The notes under the pieces: generated by a model
Database searches by the model: none
What the model was told of the DNA's origin: nothing
The model's input: the letters and a program-made list of their open reading frames with translations, nothing else
Assembly (NCBI GenBank): GCA_965645245.1
Contig: OZ287069.1
Coordinates: forward strand, 62,001-126,000
Source of the DNA: Massalongia carnosa
Lineage: Eukaryota
Reading direction: 5' to 3'
Length of the DNA: 64,000 nucleotides
In this document: positions 34,500-46,714 of the stretch, piece after piece
How the letters are laid out: each line of letters begins with the position of its first letter
How positions within the stretch are numbered: position 1 is the first letter of the stretch
Program-made: the position numbers and the translations under genes

Positions 34500-34766
34500 T
34501 GAGAGGAGAATTGGTTTTTTCTTCTACTTATTTTCTTTTCTTCTCTTTTATTCTTGCACTTACTCAGGCGCATAACGGGTATAGCGGGTTTCCCAAACCG
34601 TAGAGATCAACCCGGGGAAAGAGCGAGTCCTCTACAAACCTGGTACGCAGGAGCAGTTTTTTACCCGTTCGGGTTTTCTGCCTTTATATAGCCTATGTAG
34701 TATCTCCCGCATGGGCCAGCTTCAGCTGGTGTCATATCGGCGTAAGAAAAAATCAATCAATCAATC
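33084..34766 (+). mobile_element. 5'-truncated non-LTR retrotransposon (Tad1-like LINE)
   Basis: 15 bp TSD AATAAAGTCTGTTGA (33069-33083, 34767-34781); starts inside RT (GIPQGSPLSPILY, FVDD); (AATC)n 3' tail. Confidence 0.92.
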
Positions 34767-34920
34767 AATAAAGTCTGTTGAATGTTCAACTTCTACCAGC
34801 ACAACAGATTCAATTAGATCAGTTCCAGTCTAACCGTATCGGTTACTTAAGAGCTTTAGCGGTGTCTTAAGCAACCCAGGCTCGGATAAACTATTATCAC
34901 TTCGCTTAGTAGAGGGTGAC

Positions 34921-35145
34921 TGTCACGGTACTGCCTCGCTAGCACCCGAATCGAGTCACGGCGCTAAGGCTTGAATGATAAGCGAGGGCTAGGCTCAGCA
35001 TGGTTAGCGCGATCAACGGAAAGATTATATCTTTGCTTTCGCTATTGAGATTTTCTTTCTTCCTTGTCGAACGTCTTGTAAATATCCGATAGCCTACCTA
35101 TAGCAAAGACTTCGTACCACCTGATCTTATTGTCACGGGGTAACA
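34921..35145 (+). repeat. Probable 3' LTR of a degraded Gypsy element
   Basis: Purine-rich agtagagggtgac precedes TGTCACGG...GTAACA; contains gtcgaacgtcttgt, similar to the Gypsy-B LTR motif. No partner LTR in the window. Confidence 0.55.
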
Positions 35146-35432
35146 AAGCACATGCCACGTCGGAACGGGAAGAACTAGTCTTCCGGAGGTGCTAAGAACA
35201 GTCATGAGGTAATGGCATTGCGGAAGTGCATGCCGAAAGCATGACGAAGTCAACATGGTAATCAGGGCAGACAACGTCCGAAGGTGGACTAGCTTAGTTA
35301 TCAGGAGTAATAGGCATGTCTTTTTGTTCTACTGTTTCTTTTCTCTTTGTCGAACGTCTTGTCCATTTAGCTAGACAATCAAGTATTCACGTTTGCACCA
35401 CCTGAATTACTACACGCCCTCGCATCATGACA
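35146..35432 (+). repeat. Partial LTR-like segment related to 34921-35145
   Basis: Shares ttgtcgaacgtcttgt and accacctga; ends CATGACA. Confidence 0.4.
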
Positions 35433-35742
35433 CTTATCTCATTTAGTCCGTCTCGTCACAGTGACCACTTAAAAGGAGAAGACTGCTTCATAGCAACTCA
35501 TCATCTTATACATCAGGGTCATACACATTGTCATTTATTACACAGCCATATAGTCATAGTCATATACCTATTTCAACAGGTTATGAGTCCGGAAGGGAGC
35601 TATCGATCACACAGGAATCGAAGCAGACCTATCCGCTGCATTCAATGCCAAAACAGCTAAGCATCGATCTCTCTCGTCAAAAGTTCTATAAACGAGACAT
35701 ATTAAATCTTCATGTGCACGAGAGACAGAGACGATTGCCCAC

Positions 35743-35870
35743 AGTGCCCATATGCAAACCACAAAGTCCTGCTGGCCTACGTGCCCATAGGCAAACTACA
35801 AAGTCCTGCTAGCCTACGTGCCCCATAGGCAAACTACAAAGTCCTGCTGGCCTACGTGCCCCATAGGCAA
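35743..35870. repeat. Tandem repeat, ~37 bp unit, ~3.5 copies
   Basis: Unit gtgcccataggcaaactacaaagtcctgctggcctac. Confidence 0.85.
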
Positions 35871-35964
35871 AATACTCAAAAGACCTATTGCCAGATTACA
35901 TGTATCAGAGGCACTCTTCAAAGACCTTGAACACTCGACAGGTTTCTTGCCCGAAGGTTCTAAG

Positions 35965-36421
35965 ACAATCCAGATGATGAAGTTGACCCAGAGGAAGATT
36001 TCAGTCTGACCTTTGCTGCATCACAATCCAGATGATAACGTTGACCCAGATGCAGATTTCAGTCTGACTTTTGTTGCATCACCATCCACCTTACTTTGAC
36101 CCAGAAGCAGATTTCAGTCTGACCTTTGCTGCATCATCAATTACCTTACTTTGACCCAAGAACAGATCACTTCTAAACTCTGATTCTTGCTGCATCATCA
36201 TTTGACTGACGTTGACCCAGAGGCAGATCTCAGTCTGACTTTTGTTGCAACACCACTCAACTTACTTTGACCCAAGAACAGATCAAATCAAAACTCTGAT
36301 TCTCGCTGCATCATCATTTGACTAACGTTGACCCAGAGGCAGATCTCAGTCTGACTTTTGTTGCATCACCACTCAACTTACTTGACCCAAGGACAGATCA
36401 CTTCAAAACTCTGATTCTTGC
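35965..36421. repeat. Degenerate minisatellite (~55 bp unit), continuing at 40228-40322 and 41353-41420
   Basis: Recurrent ttgaccca..agcagat..agtctgac(c/t)ttt(g)..gcatca; split by the hAT and solo-LTR insertions. Confidence 0.8.
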
Positions 36422-39400
36422 CAGTGTTCGCAATAGAGTGATTCTTAATGGATATCCACTCCATTTAATCCACTCCAATCCACTCCAAAGGTTTTTTTTT
36501 TAAATGGAGTCCATCCAATAAGGTTTTAGGCTTAATGGAGTCACTCTAATAAGGATTTATATAATGGAGTGGACTCCATGGAGTCCAATGGATTAGGGCC
36601 TAAAAATAGGTGGTGTTTTAGGTATAGCTCCAGGGGCCTTAAAGCTATGGTAATTCCCACATTTTAAGTGATATTTCACTTGTTTTACTGCTTTTATTCG
36701 TGTCAACCTACAAATATCACTTGCTATGGACTGAATTTGCTTCTATTTAAACTAGAAACCACCAAAATCCGTCCCGAACCGTACTTGCAGTGATGTCTGA
36801 TATTAGTGACGATACAACTACAACCCGCCCCGACCCTGGCGAGACAGAGTCAGTATTTGAGCTTCCTGGAGCATGTGATATCGACGTTCCTGAACGTATT
36901 ACGCGTGGCAGAAAGCGTACGGTTGGTTCAGCAGAGCTTGGGAATGAAGCTTCAAGAGTATTGATCCATATCCTTTATTTAATCAAGCTTATATATTAAT
37001 ATATGGCAGAGGTCTCTATCCCAGTCAGCCCTGAGCTTTTCTCGACGTTCCCCTGCACCCTCCACGACTTCCCAAGTTACGGAGCGTCCCCATATCATCC
37101 TGAGCGGCACTATATACTCTGAGAACGACAGGAACGCTCCTGGTAACCATTCCAGCAGCCCTTCTAGGCCGTCACCTATAACCTCTATTGAAGGCAGGGT
37201 TATTGGTGGCCGGGTTTCGTCTCCTACAAGTGGAATAGCTTCAAAGAGAGCTAGAGCGAGCCGTAGTTGGATATGGGATTGGGGCACCAAGGCAGAGAGG
37301 GAGGGCAAGGCCTATTGGGTGTGTAACAAATGTAAAGTACCAGATTTATACTTATTTGCCATGTTTGCTATGAAAATTTGTATAGAACTCGGTGTAATTC
37401 CGCCCATTTTATATGTACCGAACCATCGAGTTGTCATTTTGACATGTACTATACATTTGTCCAATATCTATTTAATTTATATTAACGATTATTAAAGCTA
37501 ATTAACTACAGGTGTTGCAGACGGTTCTAATACTGAGTATATGATCACAAACGGCACTGCTTCATGTGGAGAGCACTTACGAAAGGACCATAATCTTGTT
37601 CCACCTAAGGAAGCAGCTGCTAGGGCATCTATCTCTGTTGTTGAACATCTTCAACAAGGGGTAGTAGTTGCTCCTTTTAGTCCAGAAGTCTTTCGACAAA
37701 AGCTCTTACGATTTCTTTGTATTTGTCATATTCCTTTTGCCATTGTAGAGCAGCGTGCTTTTCGAGACCTGCTTTTATATTCAAGTCCGTATTTACGAGG
37801 CAATGATACACTCCCCAAGTCGGGCAATTCCATTAAAGCTGCACTATTAGAGATATTTCTAGCTTGTCAACTTGTATTGATTCAGCTATTAGTGGAAAGC
37901 AACTGCCAAGTCCATATATCCTTTGACTTATGGTCGTCTCCTAATAATTTCTCTATGCTAGGTCTTTGCTGTCACTTTATTGATCGTTCCTGGCAAGCAC
38001 GTACAGTGATTCTTGGCATGAAGCGTCTTATTGGACCCCATAGTGGAGAGAATATGTCAAAATTAATAGTCAAGGCCCTTGAAGTTTATAAACTAGGGGG
38101 TAGGCTCGGCTACTGTGTTTTGGATAATGCCGGTGATAATGACACTTGCTTGAGAGCAGTCGAGGAACATCTCCTTTTGCAGGGAGTTAGGTGGGACGCT
38201 GATACTCACCGACTACGTTGTTTCGGCCATATCGTTAATCTCGTGGCAACTGCATTCTTAGAGAACAAACCTACGAAGCAAGCGCGTCAACGACTCCCAG
38301 GGGAGCCCAAGGCAGTCTGGAAACGTCCAATAGATGCTATTACGAAGCTTCATGTGATTATTGTCTTTATAATGGCCACCGCTCAAAGGATCGAGCAGTT
38401 TGAAGGGATTAATAAGACGATTCAAGACCCTCTCTTGCATCCTATTAAAGAGCAAATCACTAGATGGTTTTCAACTCTTAATATGTTCGACGGGCCATTC
38501 AAATCAAAGACTCTCTTGATCTATTCGTCCATCGTAACTCTGAGCAATCATTTACTGAGAAGACTCTTTTTGATTCGCAAATGACGGTTGACGATTGGAA
38601 CTACGCCAAGAAGTGATTGCTTTTATGGAACCACTCGAAGAGCTTATGATGAGTTTACAAGGAAGAGAGATGTCTGGTATATTATATAAGCTTTAAATAA
38701 CTCGATAATCACTAAGCTTTTAATAGGAAATAATGGTTACGCTCACCAAGTGCTCCCTTCATATGATTTAATAAAAAAGGGGATGGAAGAGCAGCTATTT
38801 GGCTTTGAGCTTGATGAAGTCGATCAGTCAAACCCACAGAAACTAGCTAGTAAACGACTGGAACTGAACATTATTAACGCCATGCAAATGCTAGAGAAAT
38901 ACCGTCAACTACTCACTTCCCCTATTTATTTAGTGGCCGTCGTCCTGATGCCCTGGTATAAGTGGACTTATTTTGAGGATAGTATGAGTGCTAGTGACCT
39001 TGCTCAAGCTCGTACGAAGGTCCAATAACTTTGGCAAGACTTATATGCAAATGTAGAGGTTGCTGAAGATGATACACCGTCACCTGGAAGTCAAAAAATA
39101 AGGTATATTAACACTTAATAATATAAAAACACGGCTAACTATATTTGTAGCACGCTAAGCCCTCCCTTTTGAAGGAACACCTTAAAAGGAGTACAAACAA
39201 AGCTAAATCCACTGTCAGAGATGAATATAGACGGTACTGTAATACAGAACCAGTTGATAAAGATGGTTGCGGGTTCTCTGGCCACTTAGAATGGTGGAAA
39301 GCTCACGAGCCTCACTATCCTAGACTAGCTCAAATGGCCAGGGATATATTCTCTGTGCCTGGCATGAGTGCAGAGGTCGAACGCTTGTTCTCTTCGTCCA

Positions 39401-40227
39401 AATTGATGATTCCAGATCATAGGAATCGTCTAAAACCCGACTTTATTGAGGCAGGAGAGTGTATTAGAAGCTGGGCCATGGGTGGGCTAGTTCTAGGAGA
39501 CTATTTCGAGTACTTACCAGCGTACCAGAAGGCAGGAGAGAAGTTCGGGGATCAAGGGAACCCATAGGAGGTGGGATGAGTGCATGGTTGCCAAGGGGAC
39601 TAGAAGTTGATATTTGCTATGTTTGATGGCAAATTTGGCATTGCTGGAAAGGTTCTTTTAGGTATCTTTTGAATTTTTCCTAGTTAATTTTAGTTGAAAG
39701 GTTCAAAAACTACTTTGAGTTCGTGGAGAACAAATGCAAAAACACTCCTTCCACATCACTTCAACATCGCAACCTCAATCTACTACCTATATTTCAGACT
39801 CTACCCCCTAGCCGAGGTTTACCGGGCCATGGAAGGTGCGAAAATCCAGCCAAAATCATCAAAACACAAAGGTCGTCGTCCTCGCTTAGCTGGGTCGTCG
39901 TCTCGATTAGGCAATTTATATCTACTACAAAGTGGTTTTACGCTCGAGGGAGGTTCAGGAAAGGTTTGTACGCACTGCACTTCAGTGGAGTCCATGGAGT
40001 CCATGGATTAAATGGATTAAATGGATTTAATCCAGTGGAGTCCACTGGATTTACTCCACTGGAGATCCATGGACTCCGATCCACTCCATCCATTAAATAT
40101 ATTCCTTAATGGAGTCCAATCCATTAAGGTTTAATCTTAATGGACTCCAATCCATATAGGTCTAGACTTAATGGATTGGATTGGAGCGCCACTCCAATCC
40201 AATCCAGTCACTCCATTGCGAACACTG
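36422..40227 (+). mobile_element. hAT-superfamily DNA transposon, 3806 bp
   Basis: 8 bp TSD ATTCTTGC; ~20 bp TIR CAGTGTTCGCAAT(A/G)GAGTGA; subterminal TGGAGT/ACTCCA arrays. Confidence 0.94.
36793..39567 (+). pseudogene. hAT transposase, multi-exon, with frameshifts and a stop
   Basis: BED finger (WIW..WVCNKC / HLRKDH), SFDLWSS, DNAGDND, RCFGHIVNL, TRWFS, dimerisation domain WWK..YPRLAQMARDIFSVPGMSAEVERLFS. Confidence 0.88.
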
Positions 40228-40322
40228 ATTCTTGCTGCATCATCATTTGACTGACATTGACCCAGAGGCAGATCTCAGTCTGACTTTTGTTGCATCAGCA
40301 CTCAACTAACTTTGACCCAGAG

Positions 40323-41352
40323 TGTAATACGGATGGCGCTAGAGGGATACGTGATTGCCTATGGCGGTTGCGGGATTAACTAGCGTGGACCATGCCGTAG
40401 TACGAAGTCGCATAAGCCGTCGAGGCTGACACACTGCCATCTTGCCCCGAAACTTCCGAGTTATTGTTATCACGTTCTTGACTACTTACAGATCAAACAC
40501 CTGTCGAGGCCGTGGTGGTAGATTGCCATGGAGTGTAAGGCGGACTCCTGTGGAGACGCCAAGGAACTCTATATGGGATCTACTGGCCTACTCGGAGCTA
40601 CTGGATTTCTTGATGGTTCAAGAGAGGTAGCAGGAGGCACGGCTCGCTGGACGCAGCTTGAGCTAGGCTCCCTGGTGTAAACTTCAGCTTCAACCTTTAT
40701 TACTACGTTGGTAGTGATGTCGGCTGAATGAACCTACATGACCTCGTTGTCTAGACCTTGTGTCTAGAGGCAGGTCCGCAGTGTAGCGAGGTATTCAGTC
40801 GGAGGTAACCTTCCATCACTAGGTAGTGGTGACGGCGAAATGAAGCTACATAGCCTGAGGCATGTAGTGAGGGATCTAGCCGGGGGTAGAATTGTTCTAC
40901 CTTGCAAGGGAAGATCTAGAAGGCTGCTCGAGGATGACTAGATGATCCAGCGAACGCCGAGTTCGTGGATGGATCCTGAGGGATGGTTGGATGTAATGCG
41001 ATAAAGTCGGATGTGGATTGCAAGGCTGTAATGCTCGCAAGACTCCCAAGGCTTGCAAGGCTCCTAAGGTTCCAAGGCTCCCAAGGCTATAGGCTTGGGG
41101 TGAGTAGGATAAATATCAGAACGAATCTTGTAGTATTCGTTAGCAATTAGTCTTTATTCTATGAACAACCTACGTTTGGGTCTCGGACGAGATCTCTTGG
41201 TCTAAGCACTTCCACATCCATTAGTTCTTTGGATCACATATACTCTCGGAGACTAGCACGTAGTAGCTATCTTCCTCCTCTCACGCTGAGCATTTCCCCT
41301 TTCGAGATCAGTGTCGCTCGTGATAAGCTTACTGGTCTCGTAGCCCATTACA
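40323..41352. mobile_element. ~1.0 kb solo LTR (copy 2, inverted relative to copy 1)
   Basis: TGTAAT...ATTACA termini; TSD CAGAG (40318-40322, 41353-41357). Confidence 0.88.
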
Positions 41353-41588
41353 CAGAGGCAGACCATCTGAACTATCTTTTAAGGTCTGATTTCTGCTGTA
41401 TCACCTATCTTGACCTAGAGACAGGCCGCGGAAATTTTAGTTCCAAGAAGTAATCAGACTTTCAATAAGCAAAACGCCTCAAAAGTCTCGGTATTTGTGA
41501 GGCGAAATACGAACAGTGTGACTATATGGCTCTACAGTAGTGGTAGGACAATAGAATAGGAGTCGCTATGGAACAGCAGTAGGTGGAG

Positions 41589-41697
41589 TGTAATCAATAG
41601 ATTGATCAGTGGCCCTCCGAAAGAGGTGGGCGAAGGGCTGTTTATCCTATAGCCCCACCTTGATCAGGCCACGTTCGTCAAACTAATTGCTATTACA
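41589..41697 (+). repeat. Possible short 3' LTR (109 bp)
   Basis: Purine-rich agtaggtggag followed by TGTAAT...ATTACA; no partner copy seen. Confidence 0.4.
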
Positions 41698-42024
41698 AGA
41701 TTGGACCGGTTGAGACTATCGCATGGGTGTCTTCCCGCGCACCCCCTGCAGAAGTGTGCGACCGCTTCCTGTCTTATAGAAAGCTGTCCTGACAGTATTG
41801 GTAGTTACAGACCTCGAAAAAACCTTATTCCATTTAAAAGGCCCGGCATGTTAAATAGATCGGTATCCCTTCGTCTGGCAATTTGGCAGCCACCTTAAAT
41901 AGGCTTAGTGAGATACCGTAGGGCTGAGTCGCGAACTTCAAAATATTCTCCCCTTTTTTTGTAAATAAGAAGGTAAACATCAGTTGAAAATCATTAAAAC
42001 ATCTACAATTTCTTTAGAATAATC

Positions 42025-43777
42025 ATGAGAGGCATTGAGATAGAAGTTCCTGACCAATCAGACGCTTTGCCCCCCTCAATTCTGAAAGAACAGGCCAAAA
42101 AAAATAAACCCAGCGTACAAACCATAATTGACTCCATGCCCCCTCCGTCATCAAATTATTGTCCAATTTCGATACCATTTCGAAAACCACAGCCGGACGA
42201 GACGTTGCGCTTGATAAATCAGACTCCTTTCAGATTATTCTGCCTCTTCTTTAGCTTTGAAATGCTTGAAATCATAGCTAAAAACACCAATCTTAAAGCG
42301 AAAAAGAAGTATGCCCTAAACGACATCAAGAGACGTCAATGGCATGACACCTCTTCTTCTGAAATAGGAGCTTTTCTGGGAATTCTGTTATATATAGGGT
42401 ATACACTGATGCCACGTCTTACTGACTATTGGAACACGTCTCCTAAATTTGCCATACATGACATGGTGATTCAAGCCATGAGTCTTCGAAGATAGGAGCA
42501 ACTCAAGCGATTTTTGAAGAAATCTAACCCCGACGAAGATGAGATCATTGATACTCGAGGCCCTGATTGGTGGAAAAAGCTGGAACCATTGGCCACAGAC
42601 TTTCGGGAAGCATCAAAGAAATACTGGATTCCTGGAAGTCATGTGTCAGTTGACGAGCAATTGATTTTATTCAGGGGTAGGAGCTGCCATACTATGCAAA
42701 TAGCCACCAAGACGGCTGGTGTAGGCTTCAAAATCTATAGTTTATGTCAGGAAAATTATCTTTTTGACTTCTTATTTACCTCCACGGTGAGTAGAAAAGG
42801 CCTCAATTTGCATCGTACTAATTGCAAGACAGGTGTCCAAAATTAGTTAGTTAAAAACGCCTGGACAATTGAAATTTCCGACAACCAAATGGGATTTGTC
42901 TCCTTCCTCTCTAGTCGTCATTCAATTGGCTCGAAGTTTACCGTCTGATGAAGGCTTGAAATACGTCATCTTTCTGGACAACTTCTTCACAAATACGAAG
43001 CTATTCAAAGCTCTGGAAACCATTGGAACTGGTGCCTGTGGGACGGCTAAATCAGGATGCGGTTTTCCTGTTGATCTTCTACGTCTGAGTATTGCAGCCA
43101 CCACGAATAAGGACCGGGGAAAGAAGGCATTGATGACGGTACCTGCAAATAAAAGTAAAAAATCAAACATTGATGACGGGGACATTCTATGTATGACATG
43201 GGTGGATTTAAAAACCGTGCAATTCATGACCACGGTTCATACAATTGAGGATTTGAAGACTTCTTTCTACAAGAATTCCCGTCGACGTCATGGAATTCCT
43301 GCAAATTCCAGAGTTATCGTTGATGATGAAGAAGAAAAGCTTCCATTTCCCATGCCCATCGTGGAATATAACCAGCACATGGGCGGGTCAGATAGGAATG
43401 CTCAGCAAAGAGAATATTATTCACCTCAAAGATCTGATCGTTGCTACTGGTGGTCAATTTTCATCTTTCTTCTGGATGCAGCCGATCTAAATGCCTTCAA
43501 ATTGTGGAGAATTCTGTATCCGAATTCAACACTCAGCCATTTGGACTTTCAAAAAAAAATAGTAAATGCCCTACTATCCAATCAAGCCGGTGCCCTACGA
43601 AAACGTCCGAATGATGTCATAGTTATTACTAATCAAGACGTTAATAAAGACGTCGAGTCAACTTGGAAATGGGAGCATTTGAATAAGAAGGACTATTGTT
43701 TGGCCTGCAAAAGGCAAGTGCCAAGACTCAAACGACGCCGACCACTTGCGGAAATTGATGAAAAGTGCACCAAATGA
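42025..43777 (+). pseudogene. piggyBac-like transposase, disrupted
   Basis: IAKNTN, EIGAFLGILL, VSVDEQLILFRGR, GFKIYSLC, FLDNFFT, GACGT, YNQHMGGSD; stop at 42493-42495. TIRs not identified. Confidence 0.85.
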
Positions 43778-44001
43778 GATGGTTCTATGTCACGTGAGGC
43801 CCCTGAGTCAAAGTAAATTAAGAATTACCCTCTGAAAATTCTTTCCTAATTCACTTCTTCTCACTCGGCCTCATCCATCTCACTGACTCGTCGTCGACCC
43901 CACGTTGTCTCGGTGCCCCTACCTCGCTGTCAGTGCTTGCTGCTTTTCCAATCTCACTGACTCGTCGTCGACCTCACGTTGTCTCGGTGCCCCTACCTCC
44001 C

Positions 44002-45016
44002 AATGACGAACACCCGTTCCCAAAGCACCTTGATGGACGACATAGTTCCCGACCCCCAGGAGATTGTCGGATTGACGCAGGCCCAATCCAATCAAATCTT
44101 CGCCCTACAAAAGAAGAAAGCCGAGGCGGAAGCGAAGGCGGCCGAGGCTGAGGCTAGAATTGCCGAGTCCAAGGCATTGGTCGCCGAGAAGGAGGTGGAA
44201 AAAATGCAGCTAGAAATCGACTGCATGCGCCGAGACTCTGACGCCCGAATAGCGGCCGTCATTCCTGCTGGCAAGCCGAGTCGTGTCGTCGGCGATGACG
44301 ACGAAGACCTAGGTGAGATCCCTCTCGAAGTAAGAAGCATAGCACCCCGTTTCGCGGGCCTACCACAGGACGAGATCATCAAGATCTTTTCAAATAAATT
44401 CAAAGCCATCAACCTCTCCCGCCTCCGACACATGCACGGCATGCAATACGAGTCATACAAGGATCAAGACCGCATCGGCATCGAAGACGGCGCCTTGAGA
44501 TTGAGAAAGGCATCCGGGACCTACAAAGATTTCGGAAAGACAGTTCATGACGTCTGGACCGAGAGCTTCATCAACTACACCTCGATCATGGTCAGTCTTT
44601 TCGGGAAATCGAGTCAACAGCTTCACGCCACCATGTCGTCATTCCACGGAAAAATCCTCACGCTGGCCAAGGTGTACGAGTGGCAGGAAGCAGTCCTCCC
44701 CCTCGCCATCGAAACCCACACCCACATCATCGCGTCTCAGCCATCCGACGCATCCCAATGGAAAATGCCCGACGAATTCCAAGCTCGATTCTGCACCCCC
44801 CTCACAGTCCTACGCCGTCGCCGCTCACGATCCCCGCCGTCCCGACGACCGACCCCGAGAGGAGACAGGGCCGAGAGGGCCGAGAAGGCAGCGGGGGAAA
44901 TCTGCGACAAGTACAACAGCGGCACCTGCACCTGGCCGTCGTGCTACCGACAGCACAAATGCAAATCGTGCGGCGCGGCTGGGCATGGCCAGAAGACATG
45001 CCCAACGAAGAAATAG
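44002..45016 (+). CDS. Gag-like ORF1 of YR-2
   Basis: Coiled-coil N-terminus; C-terminal CDKYNSGTCTWPSCYRQHKCKSCGAAGHGQKTC finger. Confidence 0.8.
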
Positions 45017-45061
45017 GGGGTTGGTGCAGGAGGCAGTAGAATAGCTTCAATAGCTGAATTC

Positions 45062-46714
45062 ATGACGTCCCATCCCTGCTTACCTGCACCAATCAGACCA
45101 AATACAATCCCTTCGTTTCAACTCGTAGACGCATCTCGTCAGCGTTTGAAAGACAGCCCATCTCCCCTCGTACCGTCCGCATGGGCAACCCTACTTCAAG
45201 AGTATCCGGGCCCCCTCCGAGTCCATCTGCCCATGATCCTTCGTTTCGGAGTACAAATCGGATACGAAGGCCCCACAGACATCCTTCGGATCGAAAAAAA
45301 TCTGACATCAGCGAATGAGGACCCGGAAACGATCGAGAATAAGCTTCAAGAGGACCTCAGGAAGGGCCGAGTCAGACGAATAGCCGCCCCGAGTCAGCCA
45401 TTTGTGGCTTCCCCCCTCGGCTTGGTCCCGAAACATGACGGAGGATGGCGACGCATTCATCATCTGTCTCATCCCAATCAAACATCAGTCAACGACAACA
45501 TTCCAGAAGAGGCATCCAAATTACAATACGCCAGACTCGACGACATTATTCAATTGATTCTGTCAGAGGGCAAAGGTGCTGTCATAGTGAAAAGAGACGT
45601 CAAAGACGCCTTTCGAAACGTTCCCGTCGCACCTCATCATCAATGGCTTCTGGGTTTCGGATGGAATGACGAATTCTACACCGAGACATGCCTTTCGTTC
45701 GAACTGTCGACGGCCCCGTTCATCTTCAATCTTTTTGCGGAAGGCTTTCATTGGATTTTGGAATCCTTTCTACAATGGAGATTACATCACTATCTAGACG
45801 ACTTCGTTGCAATTTTCCCATCCGAGACATCGTCAGAACGATTGCACCAAGAAACAAAAGCCTACAACATTCTCACCGACATTCTCGGCATCCCGAGAAA
45901 CGACTCAAAAGACGCCGAGGGAACGACAGCTACAGTCTTCGGACTCGAGGTCGACACCATCAACAGTCTTATTCGTCTGCCAGCGGACAAGCTGGAAAAA
46001 GCGAGAATCATCACTACAAAGGCACTAAACGAGACGACAATCAGCCTCGGCGACATGCAGTCAATAGCGGGCTTCCTAAGCTTCTGCGCACAGGCAGTCA
46101 AATTGGGCCGAGTCTTCTTACGATTATTCTGGAATTTTATAGCCTCATTTCCCTCGGGCAGTCATCGTCGGGTCAAAAGAAGAATTCCCACATGGGTCAG
46201 ACAGGATCTCATCTGGTGGAACAAACTTTTAGTGGACTTCAACGGTATTGTCTTCTTCGAGACGTCAACACGAGACACGATCAAGGTGCATACGGATGCA
46301 TGCCTCACGGGTCTCGGAGGCTATTTTCAACGAGACAACGAGCTCGTGAATCAAAAAAACGCATGTAGGGCCCGAGTCCTAGTCCTCAATCAGGAAGAAT
46401 CACCGAGCATAAACGTCCGAGAAGTCGAGGCTATCCTTCTAATCCTTCAGAAATGGGCGCCGACATGGCGACATCGACAGATCCTTGTCTTTACCGACAG
46501 CAACACAGCATACACAGGATTCACGAATCTAACCCTCAAGGGACCGGCCAACGCGCCTCTACGAGAAATACTGTCCATAGCTGCAAAGTGGGACATCGTA
46601 CTACGTTGTCAATGGATCAGTGGCACTTCCAATGGACTAGCAGATGCCCTGTCACGTTTTGATGATGAAAGATTGGCTAACTTTTGCCCTCATTGGCAGA
46701 ACCCATACAATTAG
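45062..46714 (+). CDS. RT / RNase H of YR-2
   Basis: SPLGLVPK..WRRIHHLS, KRDVKDAFR, HYLDDF, HTDAC, NGLADALSR; has LSFEL where YR-1 has LPFGL. Confidence 0.9.
   Translation: MTSHPCLPAPIRPNTIPSFQLVDASRQRLKDSPSPLVPSAWATLLQEYPGPLRVHLPMILRFGVQIGYEGPTDILRIEKNLTSANEDPETIENKLQEDLRKGRVRRIAAPSQPFVASPLGLVPKHDGGWRRIHHLSHPNQTSVNDNIPEEASKLQYARLDDIIQLILSEGKGAVIVKRDVKDAFRNVPVAPHHQWLLGFGWNDEFYTETCLSFELSTAPFIFNLFAEGFHWILESFLQWRLHHYLDDFVAIFPSETSSERLHQETKAYNILTDILGIPRNDSKDAEGTTATVFGLEVDTINSLIRLPADKLEKARIITTKALNETTISLGDMQSIAGFLSFCAQAVKLGRVFLRLFWNFIASFPSGSHRRVKRRIPTWVRQDLIWWNKLLVDFNGIVFFETSTRDTIKVHTDACLTGLGGYFQRDNELVNQKNACRARVLVLNQEESPSINVREVEAILLILQKWAPTWRHRQILVFTDSNTAYTGFTNLTLKGPANAPLREILSIAAKWDIVLRCQWISGTSNGLADALSRFDDERLANFCPHWQNPYN

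Noticed and set aside
35743..36421. Repeat arrays as a CRISPR locus
   Set aside because: Tandem degenerate units without unique spacers, no cas genes, eukaryotic context.
41700..42024. TTAA-flanked TIR for the piggyBac element
   Set aside because: Several TTAA sites but no matching inverted terminus could be found on the right side.
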